From sequence record NC_031107.2: a DNA stretch of 64,000 nt; one strand, 5' to 3'. The position numbers and the translations under genes were made by a program. Below, one piece after another: positions 18,632-27,610 of this stretch. The stretch's first letter is position 1; every line of letters begins with the position of its first letter. The notes below the pieces were generated by a model. It saw only the letters and a list, made by a program, of their open reading frames with translations, was not told where the DNA came from and made no database searches.

Positions 18632-19529
18632 TGCCGAGATTCAAATTCATGCCGTAAACAGTTGGTACACCGATTCGCTGGTGTACCAGTTCGGTAGCTA
18701 CGAACAACAGCGTAGCAAACTTTACCGCTGCCTCGGCGAAGTCGCTGAGGGTGTGCAAAAACACGATAACCTGAAAGTGGCCGCGGGAGCAGGTCGACTA
18801 CTGTGGACGTTTATCGGGCTCATGCACTTCTCGAAGCCCGCCAACGACGTTCCTCTGCACGACCAGCTTGACCATTACATCCAGTTAAAGGTGAAAGCTA
18901 CCAACAAACATGCACAACTGCACGCACTGATGCACAACGCATTGGATCTTGTCTGGCAGACACCTGAGGATGGTGAGTTCTGCCTGCACAGTTTCCTGAA
19001 AGCCTTCGGTGATTTCATGATGTCGTTAGGCTCACTGTGTCGGGTGTGTGGGTTGGAGTTTGACCGGGTCGTCTACAACGGTCATTATGCGCTGATTCGG
19101 ACTCGGGGCGTAATGAATGAACTGGGTATGTTCGTACTCAGTCCCGACGACTTTGATGGCGACTCGATAACACATCCCCTGGTTAACGAGAAGCTCCCGT
19201 CGGGTCAGTTGACGCACTTCTATATCGAAAGTGGTTTGAATGCCGCCGCGGCTAAAGCCTTTGTGCCTTACGTTCACACACCGTTTGCGTCTCACAAGGT
19301 TGATGAGGTCAGTGATAAGTTGGCAGAGGCGTTGGAAGAACTGCTGGAGCGCCACATCTACGCCGATGATAAATGGCGGCATCTTACGTTCGAGCGGACG
19401 CCAAAGATTCTTATCACGTACGAAAACGGCACCGTGACGGCGACGTACAACGACGACCTCAAGTTTATCATGAACGCCCTAAAACAGGATAATGCACACC
19501 ATGAAACAATATCTGGACTTACTGCGTGA
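18618..19529 (+). CDS. Degenerate MazG-like (NTP pyrophosphohydrolase fold) paralog with C-terminal extension
   Basis: [18 protein letters not shown]...GAGR aligns with QGTKLYEEDGEAATGVGK...GLGD of 22593-23444; start at ATG 18618 with GGAG RBS. Confidence 0.6.
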   Translation: MQLPNAEIQIHAVNSWYTDSLVYQFGSYEQQRSKLYRCLGEVAEGVQKHDNLKVAAGAGRLLWTFIGLMHFSKPANDVPLHDQLDHYIQLKVKATNKHAQLHALMHNALDLVWQTPEDGEFCLHSFLKAFGDFMMSLGSLCRVCGLEFDRVVYNGHYALIRTRGVMNELGMFVLSPDDFDGDSITHPLVNEKLPSGQLTHFYIESGLNAAAAKAFVPYVHTPFASHKVDEVSDKLAEALEELLERHIYADDKWRHLTFERTPKILITYENGTVTATYNDDLKFIMNALKQDNAHHETISGLTA

Positions 19530-20520
19530 TGTTCGCGAAAACGGGGATGTAAAAGCCGACCGTACCGGTACGGGCACCCTCTCTGTTTTCGGACGCCAGA
19601 TGCGCTTTAACTTACAAGAAGGTTTTCCGCTGGTCACCACCAAAAAGGTTCACCTTCGTTCAATCATCCATGAGCTGCTGTGGTTCCTCATGGGTGACAC
19701 CAACATCCAGTATTTGAAAGACAACAACGTCACCATCTGGGACGAATGGGCGGATAAAAACGGTGACTTAGGCCCGGTGTACGGTAAGCAATGGCGTAGC
19801 TGGATTGCACACACGGAAATGTCGGCGTTTCATAGTGCTGGGTGTGCAGAGCTCGAATCCGAGGGATGGGAACAATCAGGGACGTGGGAATCTGACATCC
19901 TGTACAGGAAAAGCATTGACCAAATCGCCAAAGTGGTTGACCAGCTGCGTAATGACCCCGACAACCGTCGTATTATTGTCAGCGCCTGGAACGTGGCAGA
20001 GCTAGACGAGATGGCCTTGGCCCCGTGTCATGCGTTCTTCCAGTTCTACACGCGCGAGTTGTCAGTCGCTGAAAGATTAGACTGGATGGAAAATAACCTT
20101 CCTGATAAGTTTGAAGCGATCCGCTTTAGTAATGATATCATTAACAACGACACACTAATGCACGCGGTGATTGACAACGAAGGTGTCCCAGCTCGCGTTC
20201 TTTCTTGTCAGCTCTATCAGCGTAGTGCGGACATGTTCCTTGGCGTACCGTTTAACATCGCGTCTTACGCCTTGCTGGTACACATGTTTGCACAACAGGC
20301 GAACATGGCGGTAGGCGACTTCGTCTGGACAGGTGGTGATACGCATCTGTACTCCAACCATCTGGAACAAGCTGACCTCCAACTTACCCGTGACCCTAAA
20401 CCGTTACCGAAGTTGGTTATCAAACGTAAGCCCGATTCCATCTTCGACTACAAATTCGAAGACTTCGAGGTTGTCGATTACATTTCGCATCCGGCGATTA
20501 AAGCGCCCGTCGCGATCTAA
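19501..20520 (+). CDS. thyA: Thymidylate synthase with two insertions
   Basis: [31 protein letters not shown], catalytic [23 protein letters not shown] and GDTHLY motifs. Confidence 0.97.
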   Translation: MKQYLDLLRDVRENGDVKADRTGTGTLSVFGRQMRFNLQEGFPLVTTKKVHLRSIIHELLWFLMGDTNIQYLKDNNVTIWDEWADKNGDLGPVYGKQWRSWIAHTEMSAFHSAGCAELESEGWEQSGTWESDILYRKSIDQIAKVVDQLRNDPDNRRIIVSAWNVAELDEMALAPCHAFFQFYTRELSVAERLDWMENNLPDKFEAIRFSNDIINNDTLMHAVIDNEGVPARVLSCQLYQRSADMFLGVPFNIASYALLVHMFAQQANMAVGDFVWTGGDTHLYSNHLEQADLQLTRDPKPLPKLVIKRKPDSIFDYKFEDFEVVDYISHPAIKAPVAI

Positions 20521-20536
20521 CGTTACCGAGGTCTGT

Positions 20537-21073
20537 ATGACTGACAACAACATTATCCCGTTCGCTAAACCGGCTGCAACGAAAACCGCTGAACCTATTA
20601 CAGTGGCCTCCGGTGATAAAGGACAGGTAATCAATCTTAGCACGCCAGAAGTGGGCGGGTTAGAGATTCCTCAGCCAGATGGTACCACCAAGACAATTCT
20701 GTTCTCTGCGGACATGATGGACTGGTGGTACATTATTGCGGTGCGTATGTGGGCACGTTGTCCGGAAGGTATGGTTGACCGTATCTTCATTAACACCGAC
20801 CGTGGTCTGCACGAACAAGGTGCGTGGTTTGATCAAAAGCGTACCCTGAGCATCCGTATCAACCGTAACCAACTGGTGCAGATTGCTGAGGCGTTGCCGT
20901 TCATCCTGACCTCAACCTTTAACGGTCAAATGGACGACGACCTCTACATGCAACTGTCGGCGTTAACCGCAGAACACCGTGTGGAGGACGATATTCCGGA
21001 GTATAAAGAAGCGTTGATTATTCATCCAACGTTAGACCCGGAAGAGTTCTGTTTGATTTGGGTGGAGTGCTAA
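20537..21073 (+). CDS. Hypothetical protein
   Basis: ATG 20537 with GAGG RBS; TAATG coupling to the next gene. Confidence 0.75.
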   Translation: MTDNNIIPFAKPAATKTAEPITVASGDKGQVINLSTPEVGGLEIPQPDGTTKTILFSADMMDWWYIIAVRMWARCPEGMVDRIFINTDRGLHEQGAWFDQKRTLSIRINRNQLVQIAEALPFILTSTFNGQMDDDLYMQLSALTAEHRVEDDIPEYKEALIIHPTLDPEEFCLIWVEC

Positions 21074-21870
21074 TGAAAAACAGACTGTTTCTTTTCTCCG
21101 ATGCGTTTTATACCACGAACTACGACACGTATAACCACGGCGTCGTAGCCGCCCGCGATGAGAACGAGGCACGTCATCTTGTGCCAACGGTTATCGATTT
21201 GGTTGACGTGGGTGAAACTGACGCGCACGGTGCACTGTTGTTTGCGGAGGGTGTGCGTAACTGGCCAGAACGCCATCGCTACATTAACCGTAGTGTTGTT
21301 TGTCCGGGTTGGAAGGTCATTGAAGGTGGTGACCTGACCGACTTTGAGCGCAAGCTTATCGAGATGTTGGGACTGCCGCCAGACATCGACTTGCGCTTTA
21401 AGAACTACGCCAAAGTCCCTGAGACGAGTGAGTTCGGTGTCCCACCTGCCGCAGGGCAATGGACGGTTACCATTATCTCGCAGGAGCTCGGTGGAAATTC
21501 GCAGATTCACTTTAATGGGATTCCATCGTTCGACGCGCAGTTCGAACCGGGTGAACACACCGCGACGTATACCTGGCAGGAAACTGAAAACCTGCCGGTG
21601 ACTATCGAACATGTGTTAGCTGATGTGTTGAAATATGTTGGTCGTGCTACTGAGTATCACGACTGGGCAGCACAAGCGCGTCACCATTTCTATTCCCGTA
21701 CTCCGGTCGAAGGCTGGGAGCAACTGACCGAACAAATCGGTTATCACACCCTGACTTGGTACCGTCACCCGGACTGGCAGAAGCTGGTACCGGAATATGT
21801 CCGTAAAGAAGCCTCCAAACTTACCGTGCTCACTGACGAGAACGGTAACATGCGGATGGCAAAATACTAA
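21073..21870 (+). CDS. Hypothetical protein with N-terminal YDTY...VVAA.DE..AR module
   Basis: GGAG RBS; coupled ORF. Confidence 0.75.
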   Translation: MKNRLFLFSDAFYTTNYDTYNHGVVAARDENEARHLVPTVIDLVDVGETDAHGALLFAEGVRNWPERHRYINRSVVCPGWKVIEGGDLTDFERKLIEMLGLPPDIDLRFKNYAKVPETSEFGVPPAAGQWTVTIISQELGGNSQIHFNGIPSFDAQFEPGEHTATYTWQETENLPVTIEHVLADVLKYVGRATEYHDWAAQARHHFYSRTPVEGWEQLTEQIGYHTLTWYRHPDWQKLVPEYVRKEASKLTVLTDENGNMRMAKY

Positions 21871-21886
21871 CGAAGAGGTAATCAAA

Positions 21887-22366
21887 GTGTCTATGACTCC
21901 AATTAACTATAATCTGGTAGTGAAAGAACTTTCGAATGGTCTGGTAGCATTAGACAGTGACGAAGCAAAACGACTCAACTTCCGGCCGGGGTTGGATCTG
22001 AGTGAATTCCGTACCATCCGTTACGGTGCAGGTCGCCAGAGAGGGGTGACTGCGCACGCAGTCGATATGGCGGCAAAGCACCGCGGTAGCGTACTGTACT
22101 TGGTTCATGCCGTGGCGTTGCGTGACGAGGTCGTGGAAAAATTCCATGCGAAAGCTTCTGGTGACGGATGGCTCACAGTACATTCTGGCTATCTGCCAGA
22201 AAACTGGCAGAACGCAACAGGATCTGGACTCTCTGGTTATGAGAAGTTCAGTTTGGTCATTGTCGATGAAGCTGGCTTCTTCTTCAACAAGTTTAGCTTT
22301 GACAAAATTTACCGTAGTCTGGCTGACGTCGTCACGCCGGATGTGGTTATTCATCTAATCAATTAA
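21887..22366 (+). CDS. Small P-loop-like protein with degenerate Walker A
   Basis: GAGRQRGVT (Lys absent) and Walker B LVIVDEAG; GAGG RBS. Confidence 0.6.
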   Translation: MSMTPINYNLVVKELSNGLVALDSDEAKRLNFRPGLDLSEFRTIRYGAGRQRGVTAHAVDMAAKHRGSVLYLVHAVALRDEVVEKFHAKASGDGWLTVHSGYLPENWQNATGSGLSGYEKFSLVIVDEAGFFFNKFSFDKIYRSLADVVTPDVVIHLIN

Positions 22367-22377
22367 GAGAGTAAGCA

Positions 22378-22533
22378 ATGAGCAAGAGCGAGCAGGTTCA
22401 GGATACACAACTGGCAACTGACCCGATGGACTTCGGTGATATCCCAGGGCTTGACCCGGACATCACTGTTGAGGGCGGTGTGGACGCAGCGACCGAAGAC
22501 GACGGTTGCGCTGGCGGTGCCTGCAAAATTTAA
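22378..22533 (+). CDS. 51-aa acidic peptide ending in an NrdA-type redox tail (DDGCAGGACKI)
   Basis: Translated by hand: MSKSEQVQDTQLATDPMDFGDIPGLDPDITVEGGVDAATEDDGCAGGACKI; ATG 22378, TAA 22531-22533; fills the gap between two co-directional genes; GAGAG upstream. Confidence 0.8.
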   Translation: MSKSEQVQDTQLATDPMDFGDIPGLDPDITVEGGVDAATEDDGCAGGACKI

Positions 22534-22592
22534 CAAATTGGTGTGTCCATATGGACACACCACTTATTTTTTTACCCAAAAGGAAAATTATC

Positions 22593-23444
22593 ATGGGCGA
22601 CCAATTCGTCATTCAGGTACCGCACGCTGTCATCTTCGAACCTAACAAACACCTTGCGGATATCAATGCGCAGATGGCAAGCTACATTCATCATGCGGGC
22701 AGTGCGCCGTGGGAATTTGAAACAATCTATGCTGCGGCAGTGAGCAAAGAAACCGGTTTAACCCGCGTTGAAGGTAAAGTGCGTACCGAAGACGGTAAAC
22801 TGGAAATCAACGACATCGTGTTCCCTCTGCGTTTAGCAACCGCGGTGTACAAAGGCGAAGTTACCCATCCTCGCTACGTCCGTCTGTACAGCATCGCCGA
22901 TTGCGTGAATCACGTTATTGGCTGGTCGAAAGCACGCGGCATCCTCGACAACGGTGTCTGGTTCACCCAGGGCACTAAGCTGTATGAAGAAGATGGTGAA
23001 GCAGCAACTGGTGTGGGTAAGAACAAACATCCGCTCATCATGGACGGCCTGGGTGATGCACTGGTGGTTCTGGTAAACCTGATGGAACTGACCGGTCACG
23101 AGTCGCTGGAAATTGCCTGCTGGGCTGCCGGTGACGAATTCAGAATGGGTAACACCCATTACCTGTTCCACAAAATGCGCTACCACATCACCTGTGCCAT
23201 CGATGAGCTGTGGGGTGTTGCCGGTTTGGATTCGCCGAAGAAGCTGGATTTCAAATCGTTCGATAACGCGGTGTGCATTAACATCGAATACCACTACAGT
23301 GAAATGATCGCGTACGCTAATACACTGGCGAAAGCGTACGACATGAATCTGGAACAATGCTTCTCCCTGGCGTGGGATGAAATCAAAGACCGTAAAGGTT
23401 TCTTGAATGCCGACGGCATCTTCATTAAAGAAGCTGACGCCTAA
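22593..23444 (+). CDS. MazG-like dNTP/NTP pyrophosphohydrolase with N-terminal extra domain
   Basis: WSKARGI...QGTKLYEEDGE...DGLGDALVVL and AWDEIKDRKG..NADGIFIKE motifs; AGGA RBS before ATG 22593. Confidence 0.8.
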   Translation: MGDQFVIQVPHAVIFEPNKHLADINAQMASYIHHAGSAPWEFETIYAAAVSKETGLTRVEGKVRTEDGKLEINDIVFPLRLATAVYKGEVTHPRYVRLYSIADCVNHVIGWSKARGILDNGVWFTQGTKLYEEDGEAATGVGKNKHPLIMDGLGDALVVLVNLMELTGHESLEIACWAAGDEFRMGNTHYLFHKMRYHITCAIDELWGVAGLDSPKKLDFKSFDNAVCINIEYHYSEMIAYANTLAKAYDMNLEQCFSLAWDEIKDRKGFLNADGIFIKEADA

Positions 23445-23470
23445 TATAAAAAAGCTAGAGGACATTTCGC

Positions 23471-24298
23471 ATGAAGATTTTCTTAGTGACCGACGAGTTT
23501 ATCGCCGGGCCGGTTAATCCGTCGTTCCGTGCCATTGTGGTTGCGGCGGATGAATCGGGTGCACGCTGGGTCGTGGCGCGACAGAATGCAGGGCCGGGGA
23601 TGGAAAACGTCCGACAGGCATGTGCTATCTGTTTGGGCGATACCGAAGTTGAGATGGAGACGGTACTGTCTTACACGCCGGGTCAAGGTACGGGGAATAT
23701 GGTGAAATCCCACAAACCGCTCGATGTCGAGGGGGATACCTTCTATCGAGTCAACAAAGACACGGTAACTGACCCCTATCCGCTTCTCCCAGAGCACCCA
23801 GACCGTTTATCGGACAACGAGGTAACCTACTGGCTCTCGACGGGTACGGGCCTCCTGATGCGTCTGACGGAGCGTGAGACCCGACTGCCGAACTACACCG
23901 GTGAGCCGGGTGTGTACTCGGAAAAAGAAACGTATGCGCAATACTGGCGACCTGGTCATACAGCGGGGCGACCGGAATACCTGCCGACCGACTCATTGAA
24001 GGTTGAGCATTATCTGGCCCGTCCTGAGTCAACGAATATTTTCACGTTGGCCGAAGCGCACAGCATTGTGTCTCGTTTATCTCAGGCACCGTATCACACC
24101 GATGCGTCGCGTGACCTGTTAAGCTACCTGTGGGATAACTTTGTTTCCTACACGGAAGTGGGTTCTGACAAACCAGTGAACGACCTGCTGATGTTTAGCG
24201 GTCAGAAGCTGTGGTTCCAGGGTGAGAAAGCGCGTGACTGGATTATGTCCATTCCGCACTGCATTGTCCATGTTCGTAATCTCAATATGGATGCCTAA
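23471..24298 (+). CDS. Hypothetical protein
   Basis: GAGG RBS; N-terminal VVAADESGAR module. Confidence 0.75.
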   Translation: MKIFLVTDEFIAGPVNPSFRAIVVAADESGARWVVARQNAGPGMENVRQACAICLGDTEVEMETVLSYTPGQGTGNMVKSHKPLDVEGDTFYRVNKDTVTDPYPLLPEHPDRLSDNEVTYWLSTGTGLLMRLTERETRLPNYTGEPGVYSEKETYAQYWRPGHTAGRPEYLPTDSLKVEHYLARPESTNIFTLAEAHSIVSRLSQAPYHTDASRDLLSYLWDNFVSYTEVGSDKPVNDLLMFSGQKLWFQGEKARDWIMSIPHCIVHVRNLNMDA

Positions 24299-24300
24299 CG

Positions 24301-24732
24301 ATGGAAAAGCGACTGCACAGAATCAATTACACTGGTGCTGAGCAGTTGTTTGTGGACGGTGAGCTGTGGTTAGACCATGGTCTCACCCTGCAACAACTGG
24401 CTATACTTAAGTGCATCTCCGAACACCACGATGGGGTAGAGTTCATCTTTACCGACCAACCTATTCCGGAGTCCGTGTGGACGGACAGGCGTAACCTGCT
24501 GTTCTGGAAAGTCGGTGAGAACTTTGTAAGGAAGATGCTCTACACGCACAAGTGGCGAGGCGGTTGTCATGACCCCATGAACGTATTGAAAGTTTCTTCT
24601 CGCTTCGGGACAGAGATGTCGTACGTACAAACCTGGCCAAAAGATTTGGGTGAGAATAGCGTGGTGGTGTGGTGGAGAAACCCTGGTTTGGATGCAACAC
24701 CGTACATCGTGTTTGAATACCAACGCAAATAA
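24301..24732 (+). CDS. Hypothetical protein
   Basis: 143-aa ORF ending before a terminator. Confidence 0.7.
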   Translation: MEKRLHRINYTGAEQLFVDGELWLDHGLTLQQLAILKCISEHHDGVEFIFTDQPIPESVWTDRRNLLFWKVGENFVRKMLYTHKWRGGCHDPMNVLKVSSRFGTEMSYVQTWPKDLGENSVVVWWRNPGLDATPYIVFEYQRK

Positions 24733-24741
24733 AATAAAAGC

Positions 24742-24777
24742 CGAGTAGCCCAATGGGCTACTCGCTTTCTTTTTTTT
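24742..24777 (+). terminator. Intrinsic terminator between convergent genes
   Basis: cgagtagccc-aat-gggctactcg with a T tract on + and an A tract upstream. Confidence 0.8.
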
Positions 24778-24781
24778 GCCT

Positions 24782-25324
24782 TTACGAAGCAGAAGTATCG
24801 TACACGAGGCCATCCAACTCCGTGACGCTGATAAGTTTACTGATGTCCACGCCGTCAGACGGCACTTCGGTCAGGTACACTTCCAATCGACCAATCCAGG
24901 CGAACGACTTCCCGTTAAACCGCAGGGAGTGCTTGTCACCGGAAACCGCCTCTGTCGCATAAACCTCATCCTCACTGATAATGAGGTTGTACTTATCTCT
25001 GATCAGAGGCAGTAACCCTGCTGCGGTCGTGACCCCGGTCGCATCCACCGAAATAACAACATCCGCAAACAGGTGATCCATAAACAGTCGACGGTAGGTA
25101 ACGGAAAACTTACCAAACGTTCCCTTCTCCAGAATCCCGTTGACATCGAGGGTGGTGTTGAGCCGCGTGTAATACGTCGGGTCTTCTTCACCTGGGCCTG
25201 CAATGTTAGCCGGGGTACCAAAGGCCAGTTTGTCCGACGTCACTCCCTTCGTCGTAAAACCGGGATTCTTGGCCACGATTAAATCGTAGACCAACTCTTT
25301 TGCGCTTTTACCAAACAGACTCAT
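24782..25324 (-). CDS. Probable tail/baseplate-associated virion protein
   Basis: 180 aa at the end of the tail operon; GAGG RBS; C-terminal LISVTELDGLVY resembles jumbo-phage tail paralog termini (recalled). Confidence 0.55.
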   Translation of the reverse strand: MSLFGKSAKELVYDLIVAKNPGFTTKGVTSDKLAFGTPANIAGPGEEDPTYYTRLNTTLDVNGILEKGTFGKFSVTYRRLFMDHLFADVVISVDATGVTTAAGLLPLIRDKYNLIISEDEVYATEAVSGDKHSLRFNGKSFAWIGRLEVYLTEVPSDGVDISKLISVTELDGLVYDTSAS

Positions 25325-25357
25325 TCTGTTTTTCCTCTCTGCGATGTTAACTTACCC

Positions 25358-27568
25358 TTAACGGGCCTGCGTCAGGAAGATGTTCGCAATTTGTCGGGCA
25401 GGAACAAGGTCGAAAGCAGCGTTCATGATGTTACCTTGTGACCAGGCAGAGGCGGCATTTTGTGCCCAGATAGAGGCGTTGATTTTCGCACGCTCAATCC
25501 CCACTACACGTTCACGCAGTGTTGCAGCACCCAGTACCGCCATAAACTCACTGAACTTGTTATCGTCGTCCCACACGCCAGTATCGGTGACGATAGGCAT
25601 GTACATGACGCGCGACAAGTCGCGGATAGTTACCTGAATATCACACGACAACGGCACACCGTCACCACGCCAACCGAGACCACCGGCACCAAACTGCAGC
25701 GACAGGTTCGTTACCATGGCATTGCGCATGGAGTAACGACCGCGTGAGTAGCACTCAAGGTAGAACGGGTGAGTAAACGATTGTTTACCCGTGGCGATAG
25801 GACAGACCGCCGCTAACCAAAACGACATAGGCACGAGCAAATCCTGGAAGACGTCCAAATCATTACCCGACCAACACCGTAGTGGGATGGACATGGTAAT
25901 ATCGTCTCCTGATGTATCAGACGAGTCCCACACTTCCGGGAAGTCAATCACTGACGAGTTGTACAGTGACATAATCCCTGAAAGGTGTAACAAGTCCAAC
26001 GCGCCGGTGAATGCAGACTTCAAGCCAGTAACGAGACCGTCAATGGCATCAAAGCCGGTCTTGCCTCCTGACAGGTTGACTTCCAGCGAACGGGCTTTCT
26101 GCGTGACCGAGTTCACGGTACCAGAAATCTCCGGCTCTTTGGTGGTGTTCGAGAAGTTGCGGCTGACTGTATCACGGCCATCAATCTTCCAGGTAATCCA
26201 CTGCGAACCGTTACGGATTTCCGATGCAGCTTGTTCGGAGACATTTTCCCAGGTGCGTTCCATCATCCCGACCATGTCTTTAAAGAAGCTGCCGACGTTT
26301 TCTTTTTGCCCTTGTGCCATCCAGTTTTCAATCTTGCCGATGTCCAGGTTATTTTCGTCCATCGCATTCGCAGAGGATTGCGTATTGGCGGCGTTCTCCT
26401 GGTTCTTTTTCATTTCGGCAAGTTGTGCCTGCAAGCGTTCCTCTTTGGACTTCGCCGCATTCTCAAAGTCCTGACCAGTACCGCCTGCTTGTTGAGCATC
26501 GGTTATCGAACCCTGCATTCCGTTGACGAGTTCGTTTTCCTGCTGGGTGGCATCATTAAACCCGGCACTGTAGGCAGGGTCTTTACGGGCCACGGTTTCC
26601 AACATCCCGAGCGAAACCTCAAACTGACCGGCTTTACTCTGGACATTCGTGGAGTACGTGGCTTCGTTGTAGAACGCCCGAAGACGTGCTGCAAAATCTT
26701 CCTCATCATCCCCGGCTTTCTTGCGAATCTCTTCAATGGTCTTCGCCTGATAGTTCGCCAGGGTCTGGTAACGGTTGATCATGCGGTAGATATCAAACTC
26801 CCCGTTATCTTTCCAGATGTTCGGGAGCATCGAGTACCACTCCGCACGCTCAGCGTTGTATTTGTTCTCTTTGTCGTTGACATCATAGCCTAACGCAAAG
26901 GTACCGAGCACCCCAGTGGGCACCAGACGACGGTAAACCAACTGCGTGTTCACCATATTCTGTACCGCACGCAGATAAAGGTGCATGGTTGGCATCACGT
27001 AGTAGTAACGCGATGTCTCTTTGTTCAGCACCACTTTCAGGATGCGTGGAGTAATCAAGATAATCGCAAAGGCGACAGTCCCGACAGTAGCCCAGAGGGC
27101 GGCAGCGGCGACATAGGTGCCGATACTGCGCAGCATACCCGGATAGTTACCGGTACGGGCTAAGTAGGCCAGGTTCGAGTCGTACATGTTTGCGAAGAAC
27201 GCAGCGACCCCAAGATAACGCGGCTTACCGAATCGGCAATGCAGATAGAAGGCATTCTGGTTAATAGCTTCCCAGTAGAACGTCCCCATCTTGTACGACC
27301 CTTTCAGGTCTTGGCTGCTGATTTGTTGTTGTTCTTTCGAACTGGTTGATTGGGGTTGTGCAAACGCCCCGGTGGAGGGAGGGTCTGCAAACAGTGTGAA
27401 CTGTGGGGGTGCATTAATGGCGCGAGAACCCCCGAGGGTGGTATCTTCAAACGACATCATCGCATTGGAAAAGCGACGAAGACCCAAGAAGCGTTCGTCT
27501 CGCCGCTCACCTGTCCCACCGAATAGCGTCTTGACCCAGCTTGAGTCTTCTAATTTGCGTGCATCCAC
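25358..27568 (-). CDS. Tail/baseplate hub-type structural protein (phiKZ gp182/SPN3US gp238-like)
   Basis: 736 aa directly downstream of the giant lysin/tape-measure gene; GAGG RBS with GTG start. Confidence 0.6.
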   Translation of the reverse strand: MDARKLEDSSWVKTLFGGTGERRDERFLGLRRFSNAMMSFEDTTLGGSRAINAPPQFTLFADPPSTGAFAQPQSTSSKEQQQISSQDLKGSYKMGTFYWEAINQNAFYLHCRFGKPRYLGVAAFFANMYDSNLAYLARTGNYPGMLRSIGTYVAAAALWATVGTVAFAIILITPRILKVVLNKETSRYYYVMPTMHLYLRAVQNMVNTQLVYRRLVPTGVLGTFALGYDVNDKENKYNAERAEWYSMLPNIWKDNGEFDIYRMINRYQTLANYQAKTIEEIRKKAGDDEEDFAARLRAFYNEATYSTNVQSKAGQFEVSLGMLETVARKDPAYSAGFNDATQQENELVNGMQGSITDAQQAGGTGQDFENAAKSKEERLQAQLAEMKKNQENAANTQSSANAMDENNLDIGKIENWMAQGQKENVGSFFKDMVGMMERTWENVSEQAASEIRNGSQWITWKIDGRDTVSRNFSNTTKEPEISGTVNSVTQKARSLEVNLSGGKTGFDAIDGLVTGLKSAFTGALDLLHLSGIMSLYNSSVIDFPEVWDSSDTSGDDITMSIPLRCWSGNDLDVFQDLLVPMSFWLAAVCPIATGKQSFTHPFYLECYSRGRYSMRNAMVTNLSLQFGAGGLGWRGDGVPLSCDIQVTIRDLSRVMYMPIVTDTGVWDDDNKFSEFMAVLGAATLRERVVGIERAKINASIWAQNAASAWSQGNIMNAAFDLVPARQIANIFLTQAR

Positions 27569-27580
27569 GTTTCACCTCTT

Positions 27581-27606
27581 AAAGAAAAGGGGGCATTGCT
27601 GCCCCC
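27581..27606 (-). terminator. Intrinsic terminator on the minus strand after the giant tail gene
   Basis: ggggca-gcaa-tgcccc followed by ttttcttt on the minus strand. Confidence 0.6.
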
Positions 27607-27610
27607 GTAT

